DNA of 32,038 bases, taken from NCBI GenBank assembly GCA_900617105.1, contig UYFQ01000384.1, positions 1 through 32,038 of the forward strand, written 5' to 3'. This DNA comes from Hydrurus foetidus. Taxonomy: Eukaryota. The notes beneath the pieces are model-generated. The model saw only the letters and a program-made list of their open reading frames with translations, was not told the DNA's origin and searched no databases. This document shows positions 1 to 13,200 of this stretch, piece after piece. The translations under genes and the position numbers were made by a program. Position 1 is the stretch's first letter. Every line of letters starts with the position of its first letter.

Positions 1-1634
1 TTATCATCATCACAGGCACTCAGTAAGTTGCACACACACTCTGTCACGTACTGACCACGTACATACCGATGATTATCGTCATCATAGGCACTCAGTAAGT
101 TGCACCCACACTCTGTCACGTACTTACCACGTACATACCGATATTATCATCATCACAGATGACCCACACTGTCATAATCATCCGATGATTATGCACTCAG
201 TAAGTTGCACCCACACTCTGTCACGTACTTACACGAGATGATTATCATCATCACAGGGTGTTGCACCCACATTCTGTCACGCTTACTGATGTGGCACTCT
301 GATGACTATCGTCATCATTGGCACTCAGTAAGTTGCACCCACACTCTGTCACGTACTTACCACGTACATACCGATGATTATCATCATCACAGGCACTCAG
401 TAAGTTGCACCCACTCTGTCACGTGCTTGCGTACGCTTACCAGATGATTGCTTATCATCATAGGCACTCAGTAAGTTGCACCCACACACTGTCACGTACA
501 TACTTACATGAGTGCCTATACCGATGATTATCATCATCACAGACGGCGCACTCAGTAAGTTGCACCACACTCTGTCACGTACGTTTCACGTACATACCGA
601 TGATTATCGTCATCATGGGCACTCAGTAAGTTGCACCCACACTCTGTCTACGTGCTTACCACGTACATACCGATGATTATCATCATCACAGGCACTCAGT
701 AAGTTGCACCCACACTCTGTCACGTACTTACCACGTACATACCGATGATTATCATCATCACAGGCACTCAGTAAGTTGCACCACACACTGTCACCGTCGT
801 ACATACCGATGATTATCATCATCATAGGCACTCAGTAAGTTGCACGTGTACAGATGTGTGGGTGCGGCTTACTGAGTACCTCTGATGACTATCGTCATCA
901 TTGGCACTCAGTAAGTTGCACCCACACTCTGTCACGTACTTACCACGTACATACCGATGATTATCATCATCACAGGCACTCAGTAAGTTGCACCCACACT
1001 CTGTCACGTACTTACCACGTACATACCGATGATTATCATCATCACAGGCACTCAGTAAGTTGCACCCACACTCTGTCACGTACTTACCACGTACATACCG
1101 ATGATTATCATCATCACGGGCACTCAGTAAGTTGCACCCACACTCTGTCACGTACTTACCACGTACATACCGATGATTATCATCATCACAGGCACTCAGT
1201 AAGTTGCACCCACACTCTGTCACGTACTTACCACGTACATACCGATGATTATCATCATCACAGGCACTCAGTAAGTTGCACCCACACTCTGTCACGTACT
1301 TACCACGTACATACCGATGATTATCATCATCACAGGCACTCAGTAAGTTGCACCCACACTCTGTCACGTACTTACCACGTACATACCGATGATTATCATC
1401 ATCACAGGCACTCAGTAAGTTGCACCCACACTCTGTCACGTACCCACGTACATACCGATGATTATCATCATCACAGGCACTCAGTAAGTTGCACCCACAC
1501 TCTGTCACGTACTTACCACGTACATACCGATGATTATCATCATTACAGGCACTCAGTAAGTTGCACCCACACTCTGTCACGTACTTACCACGTACATACG
1601 GATGATTATCATCATCACAGGCACTCAGTAAGTT
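1..1634. repeat. 72-bp tandem minisatellite (~22 copies; clean from ~890 to 1634, degenerate or noisy from 1 to 890)
   Basis: Unit TTATCATCATCACAGGCACTCAGTAAGTTGCACCCACACTCTGTCACGTACTTACCACGTACATACCGATGA starts at 961, 1033 ... 1321 (360 = 5x72). It produces the 24-aa periodic pseudo-ORFs on both strands. Confidence 0.97.
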
Positions 1635-1655
1635 TTACTATCACTATGCCAGACG

Positions 1656-1720
1656 CACTATATCGGCACACTATCACATAACTTAGACACTATATCAGCA
1701 CACTATCACATATACTTAGA
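1656..1720. repeat. Short ~32-33-bp direct duplication flanking the 72-bp array
   Basis: CACTATATCGGCACACTATCACATAACTTAGA followed by CACTATATCAGCACACTATCACATATACTTAGA. Confidence 0.8.
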
Positions 1721-1930
1721 CAATATCTTACATATTGATTTATATCAGTATGTTTTGCACTCAATTTGATGTCTCATTACCGATGGTTTCTTGTTCTACT
1801 GGCGAAATATTGCAAATTCTTTTAATTCCTTTGGTTTTTTCATGATCTTTTTATTACTCTTCATTTATTCGTGCATAAAATAAAATTTGTTTGTCAATAA
1901 TAGTTATTATTAGTTATATTTTAAAACTGT

Positions 1931-2728
1931 TCAAGCTGGAAACGGAGATGAAGATGAAGACGAAGATGAAGACGAACTTGTAGATGGCTGGATTATTTCT
2001 ACGTAATTGTTTTCCTCTATTTCCTCAGATGTAAGGAAGCCTGATACTTCATCGTTGTAGCAGTCAGGTAGAACATACAGAAACTTCAAAGTACACAATG
2101 ATGCTAATATCCTATCACTAGGCCAGTTGCCTGACCAATATTGGGTAGGTTTAAGGGACCTGTTGGTTGATCTAGTGAACAAGTACCATTTTTTAGCATA
2201 GAATTCACCATAGGACACGTTCAATTTAAGAAATCGATGCAAATTATCTAAGGTTGTTAAGTGATAATTGAATTCACAGTTTTCATTCATTTCCAAATGA
2301 TCAAAGTCTGTTTGTGGGACCGGGTCTCTACGCTCCATCATGATCATCTTCAGCATCATATTCCTTGATCGTGGTGGAGACTGTGTACTCCGCCCACCAA
2401 CAGATCTCCTGGAATCGATTTGGTCTCCAGAGCTTTTCCTCTTGTTGTTCACGGTGGCTTTCTGCTTCGTCCTGAAGAGTTGTTTTCTCTCTTCGTCGGT
2501 GCTATCCTTGGGGATCTGCAGAGCAATATTTGGTTCAGCTACAGCTGAGGGTAAGAACTGAACTTTCCCATCCTGGATGAAACCAAGGATAGAGTGGGCC
2601 GAGATGTCGTGATTGCAATACCCGCAAATCACACTTGAATCATCATCTGGTCGAAAACGCGCGCATTTTATACCGCACCCATCAGACACAACACAACCTC
2701 CCATAAGATAATCAGAGTTACCCGCCAT
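1931..2728 (-). CDS. Hypothetical protein (~265 aa) with N-terminal Cys/His putative zinc-binding motif, basic NLS-like patch and Ser-rich tail
   Basis: Uninterrupted non-repetitive ORF. First ATG is at 2728 (MAGNSDYL). Motif CVVSDGCGIKCARF...CGYCNHDISAH, basic NNKRKSS, C-terminal poly-Ser. Flanked by A/T-rich noncoding DNA. Confidence 0.6.
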   Translation of the reverse strand: MAGNSDYLMGGCVVSDGCGIKCARFRPDDDSSVICGYCNHDISAHSILGFIQDGKVQFLPSAVAEPNIALQIPKDSTDEERKQLFRTKQKATVNNKRKSSGDQIDSRRSVGGRSTQSPPRSRNMMLKMIMMERRDPVPQTDFDHLEMNENCEFNYHLTTLDNLHRFLKLNVSYGEFYAKKWYLFTRSTNRSLKPTQYWSGNWPSDRILASLCTLKFLYVLPDCYNDEVSGFLTSEEIEENNYVEIIQPSTSSSSSSSSSSSPFPA

Positions 2729-3217
2729 AGTTCGGCTGCAACTTTGGGACCTATGAGTTACTCGCAAGATAAAGGGGCATGATTCACAGACGATTGAGAG
2801 AAAAACTACTGCAAACGGCTAGATTTTTCGATCACAGCCACGAAAATAAAAAAATGAAAAAAAAAAAAGCGAAACATTTTGGGAAAATCTCGTCAAAAGA
2901 AAATTCATGCAAAAAAAAATTTTGAAAAAAAATCCGTGTGAAAAAAAATTTCGGTAAAAAAATTATTTCCGCAAAAATTCTAGGGGTTCGACATGGCGCG
3001 CCATATCTTGGTGTCTTCAGCCTGTAGAAATTTGGCGCGGACCCGGAAAATCATCGAACGTCGAACGGGCTTGTTTCCAAAAATTCGAAGCTCTGAATGG
3101 CTTCAATGAGAGAGTATGGGCCATATCATTTTCTGTCACGAGTTTAATTACATACAGCTGCTCCGGCTTTCAACAGAAATTGACAGGCGCAAATCCAGTA
3201 GAGGGTGGCAACGTAAC

Positions 3218-5727
3218 ATGAAGTTTTTCGAAATCTGCTGGGTTTTAGTCAGCATAATCCTGACAGGTGATGGTCACAACAGAAAAGAAGCGCAACTGCA
3301 ACACGAAATTTCTCGAGATGGTGGATGACTTTCGAATCATGACTCATAGATTTATAACTGATCTGTTTTCTTGCAGGGCTACATTCTGTAAGTGGCGAGG
3401 AAATTGTTACTTCGGAGAAAAGTGCAATCTCTGTTCTAGGAAGTGAAGGTACCGAATCTAAATAACTAAATCATCGTACTACTCCTGCGACGCATCCACT
3501 TAATTCATTCACTCGATGAATCTCAGACCTTCTGGGTCTCAGCTGCAAAGCGGGTGAGTACCGATCAGGTGTCAATTTATGTAAGAGGTGCCCAATCGGA
3601 ACGTGGTAAGCTGCATGCGAAACGACATGCCACGCCTGTCCTGCAGGGCAATATTCCCAGGACCGCCTATCATGCAAGGACTGTCTGGCAGGAGAATACT
3701 CGGAAAGTAACTCCGGCAAATGCAAATCATGCGGCAAAGGAAAGGTTTCCAAAGCAAAATCGTCGTCGTGTACCGTCTGTCAATCTGGGCAATACGCCGA
3801 TCGCCAAAACAATATTTGTAAATTTTGCTCGATAGGCACATATTCTGAAGGATCTGTGGACAAATGCAAGAAGTGCCCGAAAGGCTCATATTCTGGGGCT
3901 GGCGAGAAGGAATGCCACGTCTGCAGTCCAGGTCAAGAATTTAACGCGACACTTCTGTCGTGTGTGGATTGCCGTCCGTCCTTCTACTCCCCCATTCCCG
4001 GAACTCCATGCCTCAAATGCCCAGCCAACTTGTATACCCTCGGCCCGGAAATCATCTGTCGTCGTTGCCCAAGTCGCACCACCGTAAAACTCGACCAAAC
4101 AGGATGTGAAAGAGGGTTCAGGTCTCCCGCCCCGACCCCTGCTCCTACTCCCTATCCCACCCCCGTCCCCTCCCCCGCTCCCACATACGCTCCTGTTTCC
4201 TGTGTATTCGGAGATCGATACGATGAAGACCTACGCAAGTGTGTCGAGTGCACTGAAGCCGACGCGCATTATAGAAAATGTGAGATGAAGTGCAAGAAGG
4301 GACAGGGACCATTCTACATGCATCCGTGTCGCAACTGCTTAGTGAATACGTACGTACCTGAGGGAGAGAAGAATTGCAGAGACTGTCCGTTAACCATGGT
4401 GGTGACAGATGAGAGGACGAAGTGTGTGTACTGCGAGCCATCCTTCTTCAGACAAGCGTACGAAGTCAGACCGTACTACGAGTACAGCCAGCCTGCGGAG
4501 TGCTTGAAATGTGCAGCCGGCACATACTCTGGACTCCAAGACACAGGCTGTCATGAGTGTCCGGCTGGCAGCACAGTGAACGCCGCCCAGACAGGATGCG
4601 AACCCACTCCTACCCCTGCTCCCACCCTTGATCCCACCCCCGCTCCCACATACGCTCCTGTTTCCTGTGTATTCGGAGATCGATACGATGAAGTCCTACG
4701 GAAGTGTGTCGAGTGCACTGAAGACGATGCGTATTATGGAAAATGTAAGATGAAGTGCGGCAAGGGACAGGGACCATTCTACATGCATCCGTGTCGCAAC
4801 TGCTTAGTGAATACGTACGTACCTGAGGGAGAGAAGGATTGCAGAGACTGTCCGTTAACCATGGTGGTGGTAGATGAGAGGACGAAGTGTGTGTACTGCG
4901 AGCCATCCTTCTTCAGACAAGCGTACGAAGTCAGACCGTACTACGATTACAGCCAGCCTGCGGAGTGCTTGAAATGTGCAGCCGGCACATACTCTGGACT
5001 CCAAGACACAGGCTGTCATGAGTGTCCGGCTGGCAGCACAGTGAACGCCGCCCAGACAGGATGTGAACCCACCCCTACCCCTGCTCCCACCCTTGATCCC
5101 ACCCCTGCTCCCACATACGCTCCTGTTTCCTGTGTATTCGGAGATCGATACGATGAAGACCTACGCAAGTGCGTCGAGTGCACTGAAGCCGATGCGCATT
5201 ATAGAAAATGTGAGATGAAGTGCAAGAAGGGACAGGGACCATTCTACATGCATCCGTGTCGCAACTGCTTAGTGAATACGTACGTACCTGAGGGAGAGAA
5301 GAATTGCAGAGACTGTCCGTTAACCATGGTGGTGACAGATGAGAGGACGAAGTGTGTGTACTGCGAGCCATCCTTCTTCAGACAAGCGTACGAAGTCAGA
5401 CCGTACTACGATTACAGCCAGCCTGCGGAGTGCTTGAAATGTGCAGCCGGCACATACTCTGGACTCCAAGACACAGGCTGTCATGAGTGTCCGGCTGGCA
5501 GCACAGTGAACGCCGCCCAGACAGGATGCGAACCCACTCCTACCCCTGCTCCCACCTGCTAACCCACCTTTCCTCCCACTTGTCTGGACGGATGTGACCA
5601 CGCGCCACACCTTCCGCATCTTGAGTGCGATATAGGGTACAGATACAACCACTGCCGTACAGGTTGCGAGTTCATCCAAACTTCACCACCAACAGGCACT
5701 CCGAAACTGACTATGCTCTCATTATAG
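3218..5727 (+). pseudogene. Spliced gene for a secreted Cys-rich repeat protein (GCC2/GCC3, ephrin-receptor-like CxxCxxGxY repeats) with Pro/Thr linkers; in-frame TAA at 3607-3609 and 5560-5562
   Basis: Exon 1 3218-3266 (MKFFEICWVLVSIILTG, signal-peptide-like); GT-AG intron 3267-3376 ending TTTTCTTGCAG; exon 2 3377-3448; GT-AG intron 3449-3526; exon 3 from 3527, in frame with the track ORF 3856-5562. Cys-rich coding pattern continues across both TAA codons to TAG at 5725-5727. Confidence 0.75.
4174..5556 (+). repeat. Intragenic 465-bp (155-aa) tandem triplication
   Basis: CC(C/T)GCTCCCACATACGCTCCTGTTTCC at 4174, 4639 and 5104. The units are near-identical, and units 1 and 3 are more alike in their first halves than either is to unit 2. 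Confidence 0.95.
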
Positions 5728-5755
5728 AGGCTTTTCTTAAGCGCTTTCTGGTATT

Positions 5756-6505
5756 ATGCAGCCGACACCGTCAGGTCCATGCATAGCCTATACTGTCACA
5801 CCACTCACACGTCACATCACATCATATTGTACACCATCTGGTGCCTACTATTTCTTTTAGACGCCATGTAGCCGACTCCTTCAGGTCCATGCATAGCCTA
5901 TACTGTCACACCACTCACATCACATCATATTGTACACCATCTGGTGCCTACTATTTCTTTTAGACGCCATGTAGCCGACTCCTTCAGGTCCATGCATCGC
6001 GTATACTGTCACACCACTCACACATCACATCATATTGTACACCATCTGGAGCCTACTATTACTTTCAGACGCCATGTAGCCGACACCGTCAGGTCCATGC
6101 ATCGCGTATACTGTCACACCACTCACACATCACATCATATTGTACACCATCTGGAGCCTACTATTACTTTCAGACGCCATGTAGCCGACTCCTTCAGGTC
6201 CATGCATCGCGTATACTGTCACACCACTCACACATCACATCATATTGTACACCATCTGGTGCCTACTATTACTTTCAGACGCCATGTAGCCGACTCCTTC
6301 AGGTCCATGCATCGCGTATACTGTCACACCACTCACACATCACATCATATTGTACACCATCTGGTGCCTACTATTACTTTCAGACGCCATGTAGCCGACT
6401 CCTTCAGGTCCATGCATCGCGTATACTGTCACACCACTCACACATCACATCATATTGTACACCATCTGGTGCCTACTATTACTTTCAGACGCCATGTAGC
6501 CGACA
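5756..6505. repeat. 105-bp tandem minisatellite (~7 copies)
   Basis: GTAGCCGACTCCTTCAGGTCCATGCATCGCG... at 5971, 6181 and 6391 (steps of 210 = 2x105). Gives the 35-aa periodic pseudo-ORF 5944-6600. Confidence 0.96.
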
Positions 6506-7298
6506 TAATCACACCACGCGACACTCACACATCATACACCATCGGGTGCCCGTCATACACACTTAGACCAGTAACTGAGCTGCCATCGTCTAGTTATTGA
6601 AAGTAGACCTACCTATTCAATGTGCTCCATGCAGTACCGTACTTTCGCGTTTAGTCTATCGGTCCCATTCTATTTTAACGGAACCCGCGTTGAAGCTAGA
6701 TTGATATGCGGCCAACAGGTCCTGGTTTCTAAGCACAATTAAACATCATAATTTTAAATATTTGTCATTTCCTCGTTGCATTCTTCATGGCTTTCCGCAG
6801 TGACAGGCATCTGTACCTGAATAGATGTGGTGTGATCTGATTTTTTTTGGGATGCTGTCATGAGTATCATGCTTTCAATTACGGATGCATCACTGTATGC
6901 AGTTGGAGCGAGACATAGGGAACGGACAGTCACTTTACTGACATGAGCTGTTTCGATAATATGACAGATGGTGGCATTGTTTTAGTCTCACCTGGGGATG
7001 AAGTTATCGACTCCAAACACCGCACTCATTAGCCAGATTCACCAATCGTCGAAAGAAGTTGGTTTCGAGTCTCTTTCTATTTTCTAGATTTTAACTTCTG
7101 GGCGAAAGTGTTTGTCACCAGAATCTATCACTGAACTATGTTATAATCGACAATACGAAAGAGCCAGGAGTCGTACGGACTGTACGTCACTTCTATCGAG
7201 AACTTTCACTATTTACTCACAATTTCTCACGATACACCGATACTCAATCAGTAGCACTAAAATAGTTCGCTAAGAACAAGCTAAATCGGATCATGCCG

Positions 7299-10200
7299 TG
7301 TACCGGCAAGTATTATACCGTATGGACGCACTGTACTACTACTTCTCCTTCACATATTCATACCAATATTGATGGTAACGCTGTACCGGCAAGTATTATA
7401 CCGTATGGATGCATGCACTGTACTACTACTTCTCCTTCACATATTCATACCAATATTGATGGTAACGCTGTACCGGCAAGTATTATACCGTATGGATGCA
7501 TGCACTGTACTACTACTTCTCCTTCACATATTCATACCAATATTGATGGTAACGCTGTACCGGCAAGTATTATACCGTATGAAGGCACACTGTACTACTA
7601 CTTCTACTTCACATATTCATACCAATATTGATGGTAACGCTGTACCGGCAAGTATTATACCGTATGGATGCATGCACTGTACTACTACTTCTACTTCACA
7701 TATTCATACCAATATTGATGGTAACGCTGTACCGGCAAGTATTATACCGTATGAAGGCACTGTACTACTACTTCTCCTTCACATATTCATACCAATATTG
7801 ATGGTAACGCTGTACCGGCAAGTATTATACCGTATGAAGGCACTGTACTACTACTTCTACTTCACATATTCATACCAACATTGATGGTAACGCTGTACCG
7901 GCAAGTATTATACCGTATGGATGCATGCACTGTACTACTACTTCTACTTCACATATTCATACCAATATTGATGGTAACGCTGTACCGGCAAGTATTATAC
8001 CGTATGAAGGCACTGTACTACTACTTCTACTTCACATATTCATACCAACATTGATGGTAACGCTGTACCGGCAAGTATTATACCGTATGGAGGCACTGTA
8101 CTACTACTTCTCCTTCACATATTCATACCAATATTGATGGTAACGCTGTACCGGCAAGTATTATACCGTATGGATGCACTGTACTACTACTTCTACTTCA
8201 CATATTCATACCAATATTGATGGTAACGCTGTACCGGCAAGTATTATACCGTATGGATGCATGCACTGTACTACTACTTCTACTCCACATATTCATACCA
8301 ATATTGATGGTAACGCTGTACCGGCAAGTATTATACCGTATGAAGGCACTGTACTACTACTTCTACTTCACATATTCATACCAATATTGATGGTAACGCT
8401 GTACCGGCAAGTATTATACCGTATGGATGCATGCACTGTACTACTACTTCTCCTTCACATATTCATACCAATATTGATGGTAACGCTGTACCGGCAAGTA
8501 TTATACCGTATGGATGCACTGTACTACTACTTCTACTTCACATATTCATACCAATATTGATGGTAACGCTGTACCGGCAAGTATTATACCGTATGGAGGC
8601 ACTGTACTACTACTTCTACTTCACATATTCATACCAATATTGATGGTAACGCTGTACCGGCAAGTATTATACCGTATGGATGCACTGTACTACTACTTCT
8701 ACTTCACATATTCATACCAATATTGATGGTAACGCTGTACCGGCAAGTATTATACCGTATGGACGCATGCACTGTACTACTACTTCTACTTCACATATTC
8801 ATACCAATATTGATGGTAACGCTGTACCGGCAAGTATTATACCGTATGAAGGCACTGTACTACTACTTCTACTTCACATATTCATACCAATATTGATGGT
8901 AACGCTGTACCGGCAAGTATTATACCGTATGAAGGCACTGTACTACTACTTCTACTTCACATATTCATACCAATATTGATGGTAACGCTGTACCGGCAAG
9001 TATTATACCGTATGGATGCATGCACTGTACTACTACTTCTACTTCACATATTCATACCAATATTGATGGTAACGCTGTACCGGCAAGTATTATACCGTAT
9101 GGATGCATGCACTGTACTACTACTTCTCCTTCACATATTCATACCAATATTGATGGTAACGCTGTACCGGCAAGTATTATACCGTATGAAGGCACTGTAC
9201 TACTACTTCTACTCCACATATTCATACCAATATTGATGGTAACGCTGTACCGGCAAGTATTATACCGTATGGAGGCATGCACTGTACTACTACTTCTACT
9301 TCACATATTCATACCAACATTGATGGTAACGCTGTACCGGCAAGTATTATACCGTATGGAGGCACTGTACTACTACTTCTACTTCACATATTCATACCAA
9401 TATTGATGGTAACGCTGTACCGGCAAGTATTATACCGTATGAAGGCACTGTACTACTACTTCTACTTCACATATTCATACCAATATTGATGGTAACGCTG
9501 TACCGGCAAGTATTATACCGTATGGATGCACTGTACTACTACTTCTCCTTCACATATTCATACCAATATTGATGGTAACGCTGTACCGGCAAGTATTATA
9601 CCGTATGGATGCACTGTACTACTACTTCTACTTCACATATTCATACCAATATTGATGGTAACGCTGTACCGGCAAGTATTATACCGTATGAAGGCACTGT
9701 ACTACTACTTCTACTTCACATATTCATACCAATATTGATGGTAACGCTGTACCGGCAAGTATTATACCGTATGGATGCATGCACTGTACTACTACTTCTA
9801 CTTCACATATTCATACCAATATTGATGGTAACGCTGTACCGGCAAGTATTATACCGTATGGACGCACTGTACTACTACTTCTACTTCACATATTCATACC
9901 AATATTGATGGTAACGCTGTACCGGCAAGTATTATACCGTATGGAGGCACTGTACTACTACTTCTACTTCACATATTCATACCAATATTGATGGTAACGC
10001 TGTACCGGCAAGTATTATACCGTATGAAGGCACTGTACTACTACTTCTACTTCACATATTCATACCAATATTGATGGTAACGCTGTACCGGCAAGTATTA
10101 TACCGTATGGACGCACTGTACTACTACTTCTACTTCACATATTCATACCAATATTGATGGTAACGCTGTACCGGCAAGTATTATACCGTATGGATGCATG

Positions 10201-13200
10201 CACTGTACTACTACTTCTCCTTCACATATTCATACCAATATTGATGGTAACGCTGTACCGGCAAGTATTATACCGTATGAATGCACTGTACTACTACTTC
10301 TACTTCACATATTCATACCAATATTGATGGTAACGCTGTACCGGCAAGTATTATACCGTATGAATGCACTGTACTACTACTTCTACTTCACATATTCATA
10401 CCAATATTGATGGTAACGCTGTACCGGCAAGTATTATACCGTATGGATGCACTGTACTACTACTTCTCCTTCACATATTCATACCAATATTGATGGTAAC
10501 GCTGTACCGGCAAGTATTATACCGTATGGATGCACTGTACTACTACTTCTACTTCACATATTCATACCAATATTGATGGTAACGCTGTACCGGCAAGTAT
10601 TATACCGTATGAATGCATGCACTGTACTACTACTTCTACTTCACATATTCATACCAATATTGATGGTAACGCTGTACCGGCAAGTATTATACCGTATGGA
10701 TGCATGCACTGTACTACTACTTCTCCTTCACATATTCATACCAATATTGATGGTAACGCTGTACCGGCAAGTATTATACCGTATGGAATGCACTGTACTA
10801 CTACTTCTCCTTCACATATTCATACCAATATTGATGGTAACGCTGTACCGGCAAGTATTATACCGTATGAAGGCACTGTACTACTACTTCTCCTTCACAT
10901 ATTCATACCAATATTGATGGTAACGCTGTACCGGCAAGTATTATACCGTATGGAGGCACTGTACTACTACTTCTCCTTCACATATTCATACCAATATTGA
11001 TGGTAACGCTGTACCGGCAAGTATTATACCGTATGGATGCACTGTACTACTACTTCTACTTCACATATTCATACCAATATTGATGGTAACGCTGTACCGG
11101 CAAGTATTATACCGTATGAAGGCACTGTACTACTACTTCTACTTCACATATTCATACCAATATTGATGGTAACGCTGTACCGGCAAGTATTATACCGTAT
11201 GAAGGCACTGTACTACTACTTCTACTTCACATATTCATACCAATATTGATGGTAACGCTGTACCGGCAAGTATTATACCGTATGGATGCACTGTACTACT
11301 ACTTCTACTTCACATATTCATACCAATATTGATGGTAACGCTGTACCGGCAAGTATTATACCGTATGGAGGCACTGTACTACTACTTCTACTCCACATAT
11401 TCATACCAATATTGATGGTAACGCTGTACCGGCAAGTATTATACCGTATGGATGCATGCACTGTACTACTACTTCTACTCCACATATTCATACCAATATT
11501 GATGGTAACGCTGTACCGGCAAGTATTATACCGTATGAATGCACTGTACTACTACTTACTCCTACTTCATATATTCATACCAATATTGATGGTAACGCTG
11601 TACCGGCAAGTATTATACCGTATGAAGGCACTGTACTACTACTTCTACTTCACATATTCATACCAATATTGATGGTAACGCTGTACCGGCAAGTATTATA
11701 CCGTATGAAGGCACTGTACTACTACTTCTCCTTCACATATTCATACCAATATTGATGGTAACGCTGTACCGGCAAGTATTATACCGTATGGATGCACTGT
11801 ACTACTACTTCTACTTCACATATTCATACCAATATTGATGGTAACGCTGTACCGGCAAGTATTATACCGTATGAATGCACTGTACTACTACTTCTACTTC
11901 ACATATTCATACCAATATTGATGGTAACGCTGTACCGGCAAGTATTATACCGTATGAAGGCACTGTACTACTACTTCTACTCCACATATTCATACCAATA
12001 TTGATGGTAACGCTGTACCGGCAAGTATTATACCGTATGGATGCATGCACTGTACTACTACTTCTACTTCACATATTCATACCAATATTGATGGTAACGC
12101 TGTACCGGCAAGTATTATACCGTATGGATGCATGCACTGTACTACTACTTCTACTTCACATATTCATACCAATATTGATGGTAACGCTGTACCGGCAAGT
12201 ATTATACCGTATGGATGCACTGTACTACTACTTCTTCTACTTATTCATACCAATATTGATGGTAACGCTGTACCGGCAAGTATTATACCGTATGGAGCAT
12301 GCACTGTACTACTACTTCTCCTTCACATATTCATACCAATATTGATGGTAACGCTGTACCGGCAAGTATTATACCGTATGGAGCATGCACTGTACTACTA
12401 CTTCTACTTCACATATTCATACCAATATTGATGGTAACGCTGTACCGGCAAGTATTATATGTATGAAGTATATACTACTACTACTACTTACTTATTCATA
12501 CCAATATTGATGGTAACGCTGTACCGGCAAGTATTATACCGTATGAAGGCACTGTACTACTACTTCTCCTTCACATATTCATACCAATATTGATGGTAAC
12601 GCTGTACCGGCAAGTATTATACCGTATGGAGGCACTGTACTACTACTTCTCCTTCACATATTCATACCAATATTGATGGTAACGCTGTACCGGCAAGTAT
12701 TATACCGTATGGAGGCACTGTACTACTACTTCTCCACATATTCATACCAATATTGATGGTAACGCTGTACCGGCAAGTATTATACCGTATGGGCACTGTA
12801 CTACTACTTCTACTTCATATTCATACCAATATTGATGGTAACGCCTGTACCGGTAAGTATTATACCGTATGAATGCACTGTACTACTACTTCTATTATAT
12901 TCATACCAATATTGATGGTAACGCTGTACCGGCAAGTATTATACCGTATACTGTACTACTACTTCTACTTCCATACTTCATATTCATACCAATATTGATG
13001 GTAACGCTGTACCGGCAAGTATTATACCGTATGGATGCATGCACTGTACTACTACTTCTACTTCACATATTCATACCAATATTGATGGTAACGCTGTACC
13101 GGCAAGTATTATACCGTATGGATGCATGCACTGTACTACTACTTCTACTTCACATATTCATACCAATATTGATGGTAACGCTGTACCGGCAAGTATTATA

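Noticed and set aside
205..1681. His-rich and Cys-rich 24-aa repeat ORFs on both strands
   Set aside because: A consequence of a 72-bp unit lacking stops in some frames; no credible start or unique domain, and indels break the frame.
2982..3045. tRNA/SINE suggested by GGTTCGA; palindrome ATGGCGCGCCAT; E2F-like TTTGGCGC
   Set aside because: No cloverleaf or A-box; the short motifs are unsupported alone.
3606..3646. GTAAG...CTGCAG as an intron removing the first TAA
   Set aside because: It is 41 nt long and would shift the frame, and the enclosed sequence encodes a good Cys repeat.
2340..5679. Antisense or alternate-frame ORFs (2340-2561, 3471-3889, 4106-5679); likewise 28670-28915, 30806-31243 and 31490-31924
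   Set aside because: Shadows of better-supported genes on the other strand or frame.
5944..6600. His-rich 218-aa ORF
   Set aside because: Translation of the 105-bp minisatellite with a non-ATG start.
6540..6700. Helitron 3' end (CTAG at ~6590 or ~6696)
   Set aside because: No convincing GC-rich hairpin at the right spacing, and no Rep/helicase in the window.
6755..7140. Possible degenerate minus-strand coding remnant
   Set aside because: Several stops and no recognisable motif.
12230..13000. Diverged satellite subfamily (also ~15380-15420 and ~19220-19300)
   Set aside because: Scattered non-recurring indels look like low-coverage long-read error.
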